Notes: a model not told the origin generated them from the sequence alone. A DNA stretch of 64,000 nucleotides from Thermodesulfobacteriota bacterium (GCA_963422265.1 OY729416.1:544001-608000); one strand, 5' to 3'; positions 49,538 to 61,149 are shown, counted from the stretch's first letter. A program made the numbers and translations.

Positions 49538-51110
49538 GTCCCATCGGGGATTGGGAGCTGTCCTCTATGTCATCTTTCATATCGGTTACATCTACATCGA
49601 TATAATCAAGCTCTAGCAACTTTGCTGATTTATCCGTCGTTAGCTCCTCCACGGACTGCAGTTTCCTTTTCATTTGCCTTGTCCGCACACTAGTTTGCTC
49701 TATTGTGTTGGAAGCCGTTTCAAGCTGCTTTTTGAGCTTCGACAGAACGTCGCCAAATTTGTTAAACTCAGTCTTCACCGCTGAAAGAATATTCCATACC
49801 TCGCTGGAACGTTTTTCAATAGCCAACGTCCTAAAACCCATTCGTAGACTATTTAAGATAGCAGAAAGCGTGGTAGGACCAGCTACAACAACTCTGTATT
49901 GAATTTGCAGATCCTCTACCATGCCCGGTTGTCTCAGCACCTCTGAATACAGCCCTTCCGTGGGTAAAAACATTATAGCGAAATCAGTTGTATGCGGTGG
50001 GTCTATATACTTATTTGCAATATCTTTAGCAGAACTTTGTATATTGCGCACTAGTGATGCCGTTGACTTCTCAACGGCGTCGGAGTTCGCTGCTTCTGAC
50101 GCGTCTATTAACCTTTGGTAGTCCGCCTGAGGAAATTTGGAATCTATAGGTAGATAGACTCTTGATGAATTATCCTGACCTGGTAGTAGGATTGCATACT
50201 CCACTGTTTCGCTAGACCCCGATTTTGGTTGAATATTTTTCCTAAATTGATCTGGGGTTAACAGTTGTTCTAGGATATCTCCTAGTTGATACTCTCCCCA
50301 CGTGCCACGTGCTTTTACGTTAGTCAACATTCGTTTGAGATCACCAACTCCGGTAGCAAGACTTTGCATATCTCCCAAACCTTGTTGAACGGCTTCAAGC
50401 CTTTCACTAACCAGCTTGAAGGATTCTCCAAGACGTTTTTCCAGTGTGCTTTGTAGTTTTTCATCGACAGTTTGCCTCATTTGCTCCAGCTTCTTTTCAT
50501 TGTGCCCAAGTAACGACTTCATCTGGCTGTCAACAGTCTCTCGCAACTTGTCCAAACGAACCTCATTAGAATCAACCAGAGACCTAACCCTACCCTCTAC
50601 GGCATCTAATCGCTCTGCAGAGCTTTCCATCTGTGATTTACTCGCTTCACCTATTACTTTGACCACAGTATCAGTAGTTTCTTGTAGTTTTTCATCTACA
50701 GTTTGCCTCATTTGCTCTAGTTTCTTCTCGTTATACTCAAGTAACGACTTCATCTGGCTGTCAACAGTCCCTCGTAACTTGTCCAAACGAACCTCATTAG
50801 AATCAACCAGAGACCTAACCCTACCCTCTACGGCATCTAATCGCTCTGCAGAGCTTTCCATCTGTGATTTACTCGCTTCACCTATTACTTTGACCACAGT
50901 ATCAGTAGTTTCTTTCTGTCCCCTCGTTACTTCCTGCCTAAGCCTTTGTACATCTTCTGCAGCTTCTTTTCGGTTGATCTGGAACTCTCCCCTGACAATT
51001 TCACTTATGGTTTGCTTATCAAGTCCATCCCCTGCTCTTTTCTGAATAGCAATTAAAATTATAGTGAGCAAAATAATGTTGATGACTACTAATATGATTA
51101 TAAATATCAT
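49440..51110 (-). CDS. rmuC: DNA recombination protein RmuC with internal 77-aa duplication
   Basis: TM anchor, coiled coil, KARGTWGE, LPIDSKFP, TTDFAIMFLPTEGLY, GPTTL. Confidence 0.95.
   Translation of the reverse strand: MIFIIILVVINIILLTIILIAIQKRAGDGLDKQTISEIVRGEFQINRKEAAEDVQRLRQEVTRGQKETTDTVVKVIGEASKSQMESSAERLDAVEGRVRSLVDSNEVRLDKLRGTVDSQMKSLLEYNEKKLEQMRQTVDEKLQETTDTVVKVIGEASKSQMESSAERLDAVEGRVRSLVDSNEVRLDKLRETVDSQMKSLLGHNEKKLEQMRQTVDEKLQSTLEKRLGESFKLVSERLEAVQQGLGDMQSLATGVGDLKRMLTNVKARGTWGEYQLGDILEQLLTPDQFRKNIQPKSGSSETVEYAILLPGQDNSSRVYLPIDSKFPQADYQRLIDASEAANSDAVEKSTASLVRNIQSSAKDIANKYIDPPHTTDFAIMFLPTEGLYSEVLRQPGMVEDLQIQYRVVVAGPTTLSAILNSLRMGFRTLAIEKRSSEVWNILSAVKTEFNKFGDVLSKLKKQLETASNTIEQTSVRTRQMKRKLQSVEELTTDKSAKLLELDYIDVDVTDMKDDIEDSSQSPMGLGDINKGEINRPKKSHRGANTDKNVQHYKGES
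50451..50912. repeat. 231-bp in-frame tandem duplication inside rmuC
   Basis: Copies 50451-50681 and 50682-50912; 10 mismatches by manual alignment, all in the first 94 nt. Confidence 0.95.
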
Positions 51111-51349
51111 CGCTTTATCCCTTTATCCTCTGTGAACCTGCAGTAAAGCCAATAAACGCAAGGTGGTCAGCCAACATGTATCATGCCTTTATTGGATCAT
51201 ATATATGAGGTTAATTCTGAAACGTGTATAATTCAACCCTTGAAACAATTCATCTTTTCTGATATCAGTTGTCTCTAGTTTTATAAAATATACAACCTTT
51301 TGGATATTAGAGTCCTATAAAGTAAGGAAAGTTGCCAAGAGAATAGAAT

Positions 51350-52792
51350 ATGGTAGAAAGCGCAATTCAGCAAAGACCAATTAGAGTTGCCGTAATAGGT
51401 TCTGGTCCCGCAGGTTTTTACGCGGCTGACCACCTGCTTAAACAGACTGAGTTTGACTGTGAAATAGATATGTTTGATAAGTTGCCGACGCCTCACGGAC
51501 TGGTGCGCTTGGGGGTCGCACCGGATCATCAAAAAATAAAATCTGTAGCTAGAGTCTATGATAAAATCGCTTCAAATCCCAGATTCAGGTTCTTCGGATA
51601 TGTTGAATTCGGCAAACATATAGATATAAGAGACCTGGAACGACACTACCATATAACTATTTTCGCTACGGGTGCGCAAACTGACAGAAAGCTTAATATC
51701 CCCGGTGAGAACTTTAAAGGTAGCCACACAGCTACTGAGTTCGTCGCTTGGTATAATGGCCATCCTGACTATGCGGACATTGAGTTTGACCTATCTCAGG
51801 AAAACGTAGCAATTGTCGGCGTCGGAAACGTAGCCGTTGACGTGGCTAGGATTTTGTGCCGCGGCGAAGAAGAGCTCAAGCAAACGGACATTGCCAATTA
51901 TGCACTTGAGCTTCTTAAGAGAAGTAAAGTTCGCAATGTCTATCTATTGGGTCGCAGGGGACCAGCTCAAGCGGCTTTTACCAATCCAGAAGTGAGGGAA
52001 CTTGGCAAATTAAGCGATGCGCAAGCAATAACCTACGCTGAGGAAATAAAACTTGATGAACATTCACGTAAAGAGATAGAAGAGAACAAACATAACGTGA
52101 CTAGAAAGAAGCTGGACATACTGAAATCTTATTCAGAGTTTCAGAATAAAGGAAGGTCTCGGAGGCTACATATCCGTTTTTTAGTCTCTCCGACGGAGAT
52201 AATTGGCGATGAAGACGGGAACGTAGCTACAATTAGGCTCGTTAAGAATGAACTTCATAAAATGAAGGACGGATCAATCAAACCTAGACCTACAGAAGAA
52301 TATGAGGAGATTAAGGTTGGGTTGGTTTTCAGATCAATTGGCTACCAAGGGGTTTCTCTTCCCGGCGTTCCCTTTGATGTAAAGCGGGGGGTTATTCATA
52401 ATGAAAAAGGGCGCATAGTTGATCCCGATTCAGGCAACGCCGTGCCCGGTTTATATGCGACGGGATGGATTAAGAGAGGTTCTACGGGGGTTATAGGAAC
52501 AAATAAGCAAGATTCACGTGAGACTGTAGATTATATAATCCTAGACGTAAAGAAGGGACTTACTCTAAATCCTGTCCAAGCGGAAAGAAGACGGGTGGAA
52601 GAACTCATTAGTGAAAGGCAGCCTGATTATTTAACTTACGAAGATTGGCTTCGTCTTGACGAAATGGAGAAAGAGAGAGGTAAAGAGCAAGGGCGTCCAC
52701 GCATTAAATACACTAGAATAGACGAAATGCTCGAAGCACTGAGGAATGAAAAGATGGACGTTGATGGCATTGCTGCTAACAATATCAAATAA
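51350..52792 (+). CDS. Ferredoxin--NADP+ reductase, adrenodoxin reductase/FprA type
   Basis: GSGPAG, GLVRLGVAPDH, GVGNVAVDVAR, GRRGP, GWIKRG. Confidence 0.92.
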   Translation: MVESAIQQRPIRVAVIGSGPAGFYAADHLLKQTEFDCEIDMFDKLPTPHGLVRLGVAPDHQKIKSVARVYDKIASNPRFRFFGYVEFGKHIDIRDLERHYHITIFATGAQTDRKLNIPGENFKGSHTATEFVAWYNGHPDYADIEFDLSQENVAIVGVGNVAVDVARILCRGEEELKQTDIANYALELLKRSKVRNVYLLGRRGPAQAAFTNPEVRELGKLSDAQAITYAEEIKLDEHSRKEIEENKHNVTRKKLDILKSYSEFQNKGRSRRLHIRFLVSPTEIIGDEDGNVATIRLVKNELHKMKDGSIKPRPTEEYEEIKVGLVFRSIGYQGVSLPGVPFDVKRGVIHNEKGRIVDPDSGNAVPGLYATGWIKRGSTGVIGTNKQDSRETVDYIILDVKKGLTLNPVQAERRRVEELISERQPDYLTYEDWLRLDEMEKERGKEQGRPRIKYTRIDEMLEALRNEKMDVDGIAANNIK

Positions 52793-52822
52793 GAACTTCC
52801 ATGCCTTGAACCCTTACTAAGT

Positions 52823-54850
52823 CTATTTTGCGACTAGCACGATCTTATTACGAAGTGGATCAACTTTTTTTATAAGTAGTTTTACGCTATCTCCTTCTCT
52901 TAAATTCATTTCAGAACCTAAGGAAAACTGGGTCGCAAAGAGAAAGTCGGGTAGATAGGCGCTTGGTCTCGTATCTGAAGTAGAACTCACAATTCCTTCT
53001 ATCCGCTGTCCTTCTAAGGTTTGTAAGTATTTGTATAGCCAGTATTTTTGCCTACTCTTCTCGATCATCCTTTTGTTCCTTATGCTAATTTCAACGCTAG
53101 GATATAAATTTTCAAGTTCATCTTCAGTATAGCTAACTTCCTTTTCTTGAATTCTAGCTACAATTTGGCGCTGCATTACTAGGTCGGCATACCTTCTGAT
53201 AGGGGACGTTACCTGCGTATAGACGTCCGTCCCTAGAGACAAATGGGGTTCAGGGTTAAGTCCTACTTTGGTTGATCTAAGGTACTTTACAATCTGAAGG
53301 GCATAAAGTGGATCATTTTTATCGCACGACCTGGCATCTTCTGATATGGGCTCGGGCTGAGACCTGTAAACTGCTGGAATTTTATTATCTTTTAAATACC
53401 TTCCCGCCATTCTATTCATAAGAATCATCATCTCAGCAACTACAACATGGGCAATAGAATTCATAAAGTTTCTGTATATTTTTATTCTATTGTTTGACGC
53501 TCCCGAATCATACTCTTCCCCTAACTTAATTTTGAGTTGAGGAAGCTGAACTATAAAAGCTCCTGCTTCTATTCTTTTCTGTTTTAGATTATGTGTAATG
53601 CGTCTCAGTTTTTTGCCAAGTGAGTTGTTTTGGAAGTAATGAGACGCAGCTTCATAGTTTAGATTCTCTCTCACGTTCACTATTGCATTTGTGAATCTAT
53701 AGCTTTTTACTTTGTTATCTCCGTCAAACAAGATGAGTAGGGATAAGGATAACCTAGGAGAATCCTTTATAAGGCTTAGTCTTTCCTTTATTAAAATAGG
53801 AGGGAACATGTGTATATGTTTCTCAGGAATATATATAGTCTCGCCCCTTCTAGCCGCCTCGATGTCAAGCGCGCTCCATTTCTCGACATGGGCAGCTACG
53901 TTTGCGATATGAACACCTACCCGTGTGCCTTCGGCTAGCTCTTCAATTGATATAGCGTCATCTACGTCTTCGGTGCCCTCGTCATCAATTGAGAAAACGT
54001 CAAGGTGCGTGAGATCCTCTATACCTTCTTCGCATGATGATAGTTCTGAAATGAGTCGGCTCGCTTCTTCAATTACATCGTTGAGAAAATCCTCTGTGAC
54101 AGAGAATTTTTTAAGCATTGGATCCTCATCTTCTTCCCATGCCCCTGCCTTGATTAGAAATTCTACTGCGCCTTCAGCGTCTCTAATCCCAATTTCCGAC
54201 AGAAAAGATTTTGCTTCTCTAGCGCCGTTAAATTTATCAAGGTATATCGCATAGCCTTTTATCATCTCTATCCAGCCCGCAGGATCAAAGCCTTGAATCC
54301 TAACGTTGCTATTTTTTATTATTCCTTTTGCCCAGGAAAGCGCATTTTTCCTCTCTTCTTTTGTTCGATCTTCCGCTTCTCTTTGAGCGATAATGCCTTT
54401 TACCTCTTGAGCCGTTCTGGGCTCATAACCGTTTTCCATCCTCTTAAAATAGATTCTGTCCCTGTCTATAGCCCAGAACAGTGTCATCAAATCTTGATCG
54501 TCAACGTTATGTTCTCCAAAATATAACGATGAAACCTCTTCCAATTTAACCTCGTGCTGAACCTCTTCTAAACATTCCCAGATAGTTGTTAAATCTATGG
54601 TTTCTTTTTTTTCTTCCAAATATCTTCTTAAATTTCTTAGCCTTAGCTTCTTTTCTGACTGCGTGTTGCTATCTTCTAACGTCACACCAGTTGGTAAAAC
54701 AATTTTGTTTAGATCCACGTCTATTTCTTTTCCTTCTTCCGCAAATATCTTGGTGCTATTCCCGATCGATCTTAGGAATATACCAAAACAAGGCTCTTTA
54801 CGTTTTCTGAATAAAACCACTTCATTAGGACGTGGAATTCTAGTTGACAT
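52823..54850 (-). CDS. RNB-domain exoribonuclease (RNase II family)
   Basis: SIDDEGTEDVDDA, YTQVTSPIRRYADL. Confidence 0.9.
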   Translation of the reverse strand: MSTRIPRPNEVVLFRKRKEPCFGIFLRSIGNSTKIFAEEGKEIDVDLNKIVLPTGVTLEDSNTQSEKKLRLRNLRRYLEEKKETIDLTTIWECLEEVQHEVKLEEVSSLYFGEHNVDDQDLMTLFWAIDRDRIYFKRMENGYEPRTAQEVKGIIAQREAEDRTKEERKNALSWAKGIIKNSNVRIQGFDPAGWIEMIKGYAIYLDKFNGAREAKSFLSEIGIRDAEGAVEFLIKAGAWEEDEDPMLKKFSVTEDFLNDVIEEASRLISELSSCEEGIEDLTHLDVFSIDDEGTEDVDDAISIEELAEGTRVGVHIANVAAHVEKWSALDIEAARRGETIYIPEKHIHMFPPILIKERLSLIKDSPRLSLSLLILFDGDNKVKSYRFTNAIVNVRENLNYEAASHYFQNNSLGKKLRRITHNLKQKRIEAGAFIVQLPQLKIKLGEEYDSGASNNRIKIYRNFMNSIAHVVVAEMMILMNRMAGRYLKDNKIPAVYRSQPEPISEDARSCDKNDPLYALQIVKYLRSTKVGLNPEPHLSLGTDVYTQVTSPIRRYADLVMQRQIVARIQEKEVSYTEDELENLYPSVEISIRNKRMIEKSRQKYWLYKYLQTLEGQRIEGIVSSTSDTRPSAYLPDFLFATQFSLGSEMNLREGDSVKLLIKKVDPLRNKIVLVAK

Positions 54851-54898
54851 TGCGCAGTTATTTTAAGATAAGCTACCCTTTTTTCAAAGTGTTTAAGT

Positions 54899-56542
<1,644 letters not shown>

Positions 56543-56663
56543 TCAAAGATGGAACTCTGAGCGGGTCTTTATAAAGATATTCAAGTGCTCTGAGTCTTGC
56601 AAGACCAAATAAGAGAAATTTTTAATGAAACTATCTTCTCGGATACAACGAAGGGCGTAGAGT

Positions 56664-57272
56664 TTAAAATTTTTTCCGCAGTTCGTCTATCAGTGAATAT
56701 ACCGCATGCGATCTATGGCTTATCTCGTTCTTTTGCCTATAGGACATCTCCGCCATTGTTTTGCCTATATGGGATAAATAAAAGACCGGATCGTAGCCAA
56801 ATCCCCCCTTTCCTCTTGGTTCATGTAGGATAACGCCGTCGCAAGCCCCGCTTACGACTATTTCCTCACCCGTGGGATATACAAGCGCAAGGTAGCAGAC
56901 AAATCTGGCGTTGCGATTAAGTTTGTCTTTTAACTCACCTAATAATTTTTCAATGTTGCTCTCATCAGTTGCATCTTCACCCGAATATCTTGACGAATAA
57001 ATACCAGGTCGTCCGTTAAGCACTTCTACTTGTAGCCCCGAATCATCTGCTAAAGACACTTCACCCGAATAAGCAGAAATGCCGCGGGCTTTTTTAAGCG
57101 CATTTTCTCTGAATGTATTACCATCCTCAATAACTTCTGGAGGATTGCCAAGATTTTTTAAGGAAATGAAGGTTTTGATTATCCTAGAATCCTGAAATAA
57201 ATCCTCAAACTCCCTTACTTTGCCTACGTTTGCCGTTGCGAGGACAACCCGTTCTATCATTTTGACAGACAT
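56664..57272 (-). CDS. rdgB: XTP/dITP diphosphatase (Ham1)
   Basis: ADDSGL, PGIYSSR, GFGYDPVF, SHR. Confidence 0.95.
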   Translation of the reverse strand: MSVKMIERVVLATANVGKVREFEDLFQDSRIIKTFISLKNLGNPPEVIEDGNTFRENALKKARGISAYSGEVSLADDSGLQVEVLNGRPGIYSSRYSGEDATDESNIEKLLGELKDKLNRNARFVCYLALVYPTGEEIVVSGACDGVILHEPRGKGGFGYDPVFYLSHIGKTMAEMSYRQKNEISHRSHAVYSLIDELRKKF

Positions 57273-57301
57273 CCAATTTTTATAAGAGGACTAAAGATTT
57301 T

Positions 57302-57656
57302 TGGTGGAGGCGCCGGGAATTGAACCCGGGTCCGAGAAAAAGACTCACAAGGCTTCTACATGCTTAGTCTATTTTTAAGTCTTGCAGTGAAGTCACCAAC
57401 AGACAGGGTTTTCACTGCCAGCCCAAGGTGAAATCTCGTCTTCAGATGCCTTAGGCACCATCCTAAGACCAGCCCGCATAGTCGCCGGTTCATTTAAGCC
57501 CACGGGCGAGGATCAAGGAACCGTCGCCGCTCTATTTAGGCAGCGAGTGCATAATCATTTTCGGCACTTGTGTGTGCTCTACCAGTTTTACGAGTTAGCA
57601 GAAGCTCGGCATGCAGCGCAAGCTATCTCATTCCCCGTCGAAGCCAGATCGCCCCC
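57302..57656 (-). ncRNA. ssrA: tmRNA
   Basis: 5' GGGGGCGATCTGGCTTCGAC; 3' GGGTTCAATTCCCGGCGCCTCCACCA; tag ORF 57565-57536 encodes (A)AENDYALAA*; adjacent to smpB. Confidence 0.96.
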
Positions 57657-57706
57657 CCCACTACTAGAATAATACTATACACCAAAGCGCAAAATATTAA
57701 ACAGGT

Positions 57707-58156
57707 TTAATAACGCCTCTTCATAGCTTTTTCCATCTCCCTGTCCGCTTCGCGTTTTTTAATATCCTCGCGCCTGTCGTGAACCTTCTTGCCTTTTGCC
57801 AGCGCAAGCTCAATTTTAGCCTTGCCATTTTTGAAATAAACCTTCAAAGGGATTAAGGTATATCCCCTAATCTGAGTTTTTCCGATAAGGCGCTTAATCT
57901 CGTTCTTGTTAAGAAGAAGCTTTCTATCGCGTCTGCTCTCGTGGTTAAAGACGCTTGCCTGCTCGTATGGCGCAATATAGCTGTTTAGGAGAAATACTTC
58001 GTTGTTTCTTAGCATAGCGAAACTCTCCTTTATGCTTGCCTGGCTTATGCGAAGGGACTTAACCTCAGAGCCTTTAAGCTGAACGCCTGCCTCGTATTTC
58101 TCTTCTATATCATAATCCCTTCTTGCCCTTGGGTGAGTGCATATAACCTTCTCCAT
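57707..58156 (-). CDS. smpB: SsrA-binding protein
   Basis: EAGVQLKGSEVKSLR, RKLLL, GKKVHDRRE; start moved to ATG 58156. Confidence 0.97.
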   Translation of the reverse strand: MEKVICTHPRARRDYDIEEKYEAGVQLKGSEVKSLRISQASIKESFAMLRNNEVFLLNSYIAPYEQASVFNHESRRDRKLLLNKNEIKRLIGKTQIRGYTLIPLKVYFKNGKAKIELALAKGKKVHDRREDIKKREADREMEKAMKRRY

Positions 58157-58209
58157 TATCCTAGTATAGTTATTAAAGGAATGGAAATCAAAATGCACAG
58201 CAAGCTCAA

Positions 58210-58659
58210 CTAAAAATCCCTCTTACTATCCAGCATTAAAGTAACGGGACCCCAATTTACGAGGTGAACATACATAGCCGCTCGGAACCTTCCGCTAGCT
58301 ACCTTAGCGCCCCGTGCTCTTAAGCTATTAATAAATAACTCATATAGGATTTCTGCACGCTCAGGTGGGGCGGCTTTATCAAAAGATGGCCTCCTACCCT
58401 TTCTACAATCGCCGTAAAGCGTAAACTGAGACACGACTAGAATTTCACCATCAATATCAGATATAGAGAGGTTTACTTTTTCAGCGTCGTCCTCGAAAAT
58501 TCTAATACCGAATGTCTTTTCAACTAGATATGCCACGTCTCGCTCGGTATCCTTTTTGCCTACCCCGAGCAATACAAGCATCCCCTTTCCTATCTGCCCA
58601 ATCACTTCGCCGCCAACCTTAACGCTAGCTTCATTAACCCGTTGTATAATTATTCGCAT
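58210..58659 (-). CDS. dtd: D-aminoacyl-tRNA deacylase
   Basis: [26 protein letters not shown]. Confidence 0.96.
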   Translation of the reverse strand: MRIIIQRVNEASVKVGGEVIGQIGKGMLVLLGVGKKDTERDVAYLVEKTFGIRIFEDDAEKVNLSISDIDGEILVVSQFTLYGDCRKGRRPSFDKAAPPERAEILYELFINSLRARGAKVASGRFRAAMYVHLVNWGPVTLMLDSKRDF

Positions 58660-58834
58660 GTCCTTTTCCAAATGGCGCGATGCTTAACAGTAAAATACAT
58701 TATAGTACATCGTTAGATGTCAAATTTTAGTTGAGATACTAGGAGAATCTAGTATTTGCTCTTTTAAGGAGTTATAGAATATTGATAGACGCAGAGCAGT
58801 TAGATCATTGTTTTAAATAGATAAAATGGAGAGT

Positions 58835-58862
58835 TAGGAGAGCTGCTCATACAGCTCTCCTA
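58835..58862 (-). terminator. Hairpin downstream of the 58891-59301 gene
   Basis: Perfect 11-bp stem TAGGAGAGCTG/CAGCTCTCCTA; the U-tail is weak. Confidence 0.55.
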
Positions 58863-58890
58863 GACGAACTAGACATATGATCTTAATAGT

Positions 58891-59301
58891 TTAGCTTTTA
58901 GCCAAGTCCAAAGCCCCATCAAATAGGGAAAATGCTTTCTCAACGTTCTTCTTCGCTACAACGTGCGCGTCGGCTACAACATTATCCGAAACGCCGTTTA
59001 CCGAATCAAGAACGCTTTTCTGAAAATTTACAACACGTTCTATACCCTGCTCAAAGGGCTCCGTAGCAACCTTTCCAAAGGGCAGTTCTACGTTATCATA
59101 GAACCCTTTAACATACTTAGAGTAGTCTTTCTCCACTCCATACAGGTATTCAACTTGTTCATTCAGCACTTTCTTGTTTTCTTCTGTAACTGACAAAGAG
59201 AAATCCAAAGCACTGAGATATGTATCCTTTAGGAGCTTTGAAAATTCCTTAACCGGCTCTGTAAAATCCTTAACATCTAAACTTTGCTTCTTGGTAGCCA
59301 T
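58891..59301 (-). CDS. Amphipathic helical protein, possibly phasin-like
   Basis: Strong AGGAGG RBS; heptad-like amphipathic pattern; no catalytic motif. Confidence 0.55.
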   Translation of the reverse strand: MATKKQSLDVKDFTEPVKEFSKLLKDTYLSALDFSLSVTEENKKVLNEQVEYLYGVEKDYSKYVKGFYDNVELPFGKVATEPFEQGIERVVNFQKSVLDSVNGVSDNVVADAHVVAKKNVEKAFSLFDGALDLAKS

Positions 59302-59524
59302 GTTAATGACCTCCTTTATATTATATTTAGTTATAAAATAATCTGCACTGAATGTTTGTCAAGAGGTAAATTTCGCATTTGCGAAGATTGTTATGCAATA
59401 ATAAGCCTTATATTCAATACCTTTATCCATTTTCATTGGATGAATAATACGCATATGCACATTAAACAAAGGGAGCTTATATTCAGTGTTGGAGTGACAA
59501 GAAGTGAATAGAAGAAAGCCTAGA

Positions 59525-59554
59525 TAAACAAAGGGAGCACCTAAGGCACTCCCC
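59525..59554 (-). terminator. Rho-independent terminator of dodecin
   Basis: Minus strand GGGAGTGCC-TTA-GGTGCTCCC followed by TTTGTTTA. Confidence 0.7.
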
Positions 59555-59600
59555 TTAATTTAAAACACTATTGTTATTGTTAGACCGTTCGGAAAGTGAA

Positions 59601-59807
59601 CTAGCCTTCAAGTATAAAAGTAATCTTAATGTGAGTTCTATACTCCGCTATGCTGCCATCCTCGGCAATAGATGCGTTCATCTTCGTCACTTCCAGCCCG
59701 GTAAGCCCGCGAAGAGTTTGTTTCGCTCTCGTAAGAGCGTTTTGCACTGCATCATCCCATGATTTATCTGATGAACCAATGACCTCAGTAATTCTGGCTA
59801 CAGCCAT
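59601..59807 (-). CDS. Dodecin (flavin-binding)
   Basis: EVIGSSDKSWDDAVQNALTRAKQTLR, YRTHIKITF. Confidence 0.93.
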   Translation of the reverse strand: MAVARITEVIGSSDKSWDDAVQNALTRAKQTLRGLTGLEVTKMNASIAEDGSIAEYRTHIKITFILEG

Positions 59808-59822
59808 AACTAATACCTCCTT

Positions 59823-59850
59823 ATGTTTTATACATCATGTTTTATACATC
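59823..59850. repeat. 14-bp tandem repeat ATGTTTTATACATC x2 in the dodecin leader
   Basis: Exact duplication immediately upstream of the RBS. Confidence 0.8.
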
Positions 59851-60003
59851 ACATCCATTATCACTATAATAAAAATGTCAGTAAGAAGTCAAGAGAATTT
59901 TAGCGTATCTTATGTCAATTTCTTACACAAACATAGAGAAACGTGATATAATTAATTGATGCGTTTTATTCAATAACACACGTAATAATTTTCAGGAGGA
60001 TAC

Positions 60004-61149
60004 TTGATGCCAATAGATTTTGAGTTTACGGACGAGCAACAAATGTTCAGAGATACTATACGCGATTTCGGTGAAAATGAGATAGCCCCACTAATTGAGG
60101 ACGCCGAGAAGAATGAGCAATTTCCAATTGAGTTATTCCCAAAGCTGGGAGAAATGGGCTTTTTAGGTATATCGTTTCCAGAAAAATATGGTGGGGTAGA
60201 GCTTGATAAGGTAACAGAATGTATCTTTGCCGAGGAAATGGGACGCATAAACGCGGGGATCGCCATGTGCGTCAACGCTCATACTAGCCTTTCAATGGTG
60301 CCAATAGAAAAGTTTGGGAATGAAGAACAGAAGCAAAGGTATTTAGCACCCGGCATAGAGGGGAAAATTATTGGGGCGCTTGGTCTTACCGAGCCAGACG
60401 CTGGATCAGACGCAAGAAGCATTAGGACGACTGCTGTAAAGAAAGATAGACACTACGTAATTAACGGGACAAAAACGTGGATAACAAATGGAACGATGTG
60501 TGATTACGTCATCATCGCCGCCTATACGGATAAATCTAAGAAAGGAACTGGGATTAGCCTGTTTATAATCGACGCGGACGCCCCAGGCTTTACGGAGAAG
60601 AACAAAATTCACAAATTAGGGCATCGCTCGGCAGACACGGCTGAGCTCGTATTTGAGAACTGTGAGGTACCAGAGGAAAGCCTGCTTGTCGGGGAAGGTG
60701 GGTTCAATGGCGCTATGGCGACCTTACTCGGAGCACGCATCACGCATGCGGCAAAGTCCGTAGGGCTTGCACAGGCGGCATTTGAATTCGCCCTAAACTA
60801 TTCGAAAGAGCGTGAGGCTTTTGGTCGCCAGATTTCAAAGTTTCAGGCAATAAGCTTCAAACTGGCGCAGATGGCTGTAAAGATTGAGACTGCGAGGTTG
60901 ATTGTATATAAAGCGGCATGGCTTTACAGCAATGATAAAAAAGCACTGAAGGAAGCTTCAATGGCTAAACTCTACGCTGCGGAAGTAGTGCAGGATGTTT
61001 GCGCCGAAGCTGTGCAAGTGTTGGGTGGTTATGGCTACGGGGTGGAATTCCCAGTAGAGAGGTATTACAGAGACGCTAAACTTGCCTCTATAACCGAAGG
61101 CACTTCAGAAATTCAGCAGGTAGTTATAGCACGTGAGCTCGGAATATAG
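60004..61149 (+). CDS. Acyl-CoA dehydrogenase
   Basis: LTEPDAGSD, GTKTWITNG, REAFG, LGGYGY, EGTSEIQ. Confidence 0.96.
   Translation: MMPIDFEFTDEQQMFRDTIRDFGENEIAPLIEDAEKNEQFPIELFPKLGEMGFLGISFPEKYGGVELDKVTECIFAEEMGRINAGIAMCVNAHTSLSMVPIEKFGNEEQKQRYLAPGIEGKIIGALGLTEPDAGSDARSIRTTAVKKDRHYVINGTKTWITNGTMCDYVIIAAYTDKSKKGTGISLFIIDADAPGFTEKNKIHKLGHRSADTAELVFENCEVPEESLLVGEGGFNGAMATLLGARITHAAKSVGLAQAAFEFALNYSKEREAFGRQISKFQAISFKLAQMAVKIETARLIVYKAAWLYSNDKKALKEASMAKLYAAEVVQDVCAEAVQVLGGYGYGVEFPVERYYRDAKLASITEGTSEIQQVVIARELGI

Noticed and set aside
50451-50912. Possible diversity-generating retroelement TR/VR pair
   Set aside because: Mismatches are not adenine-specific on either strand, the copies are tandem and in frame, and no reverse transcriptase is in the window.
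57272-57330. Island integrated at the tmRNA 3' end
   Set aside because: rdgB follows within about 30 bp; no integrase or duplicated att site seen.
59404-59538. Possible mini CRISPR array
   Set aside because: Only two short 10-14 bp matches with irregular spacing and no cas genes.
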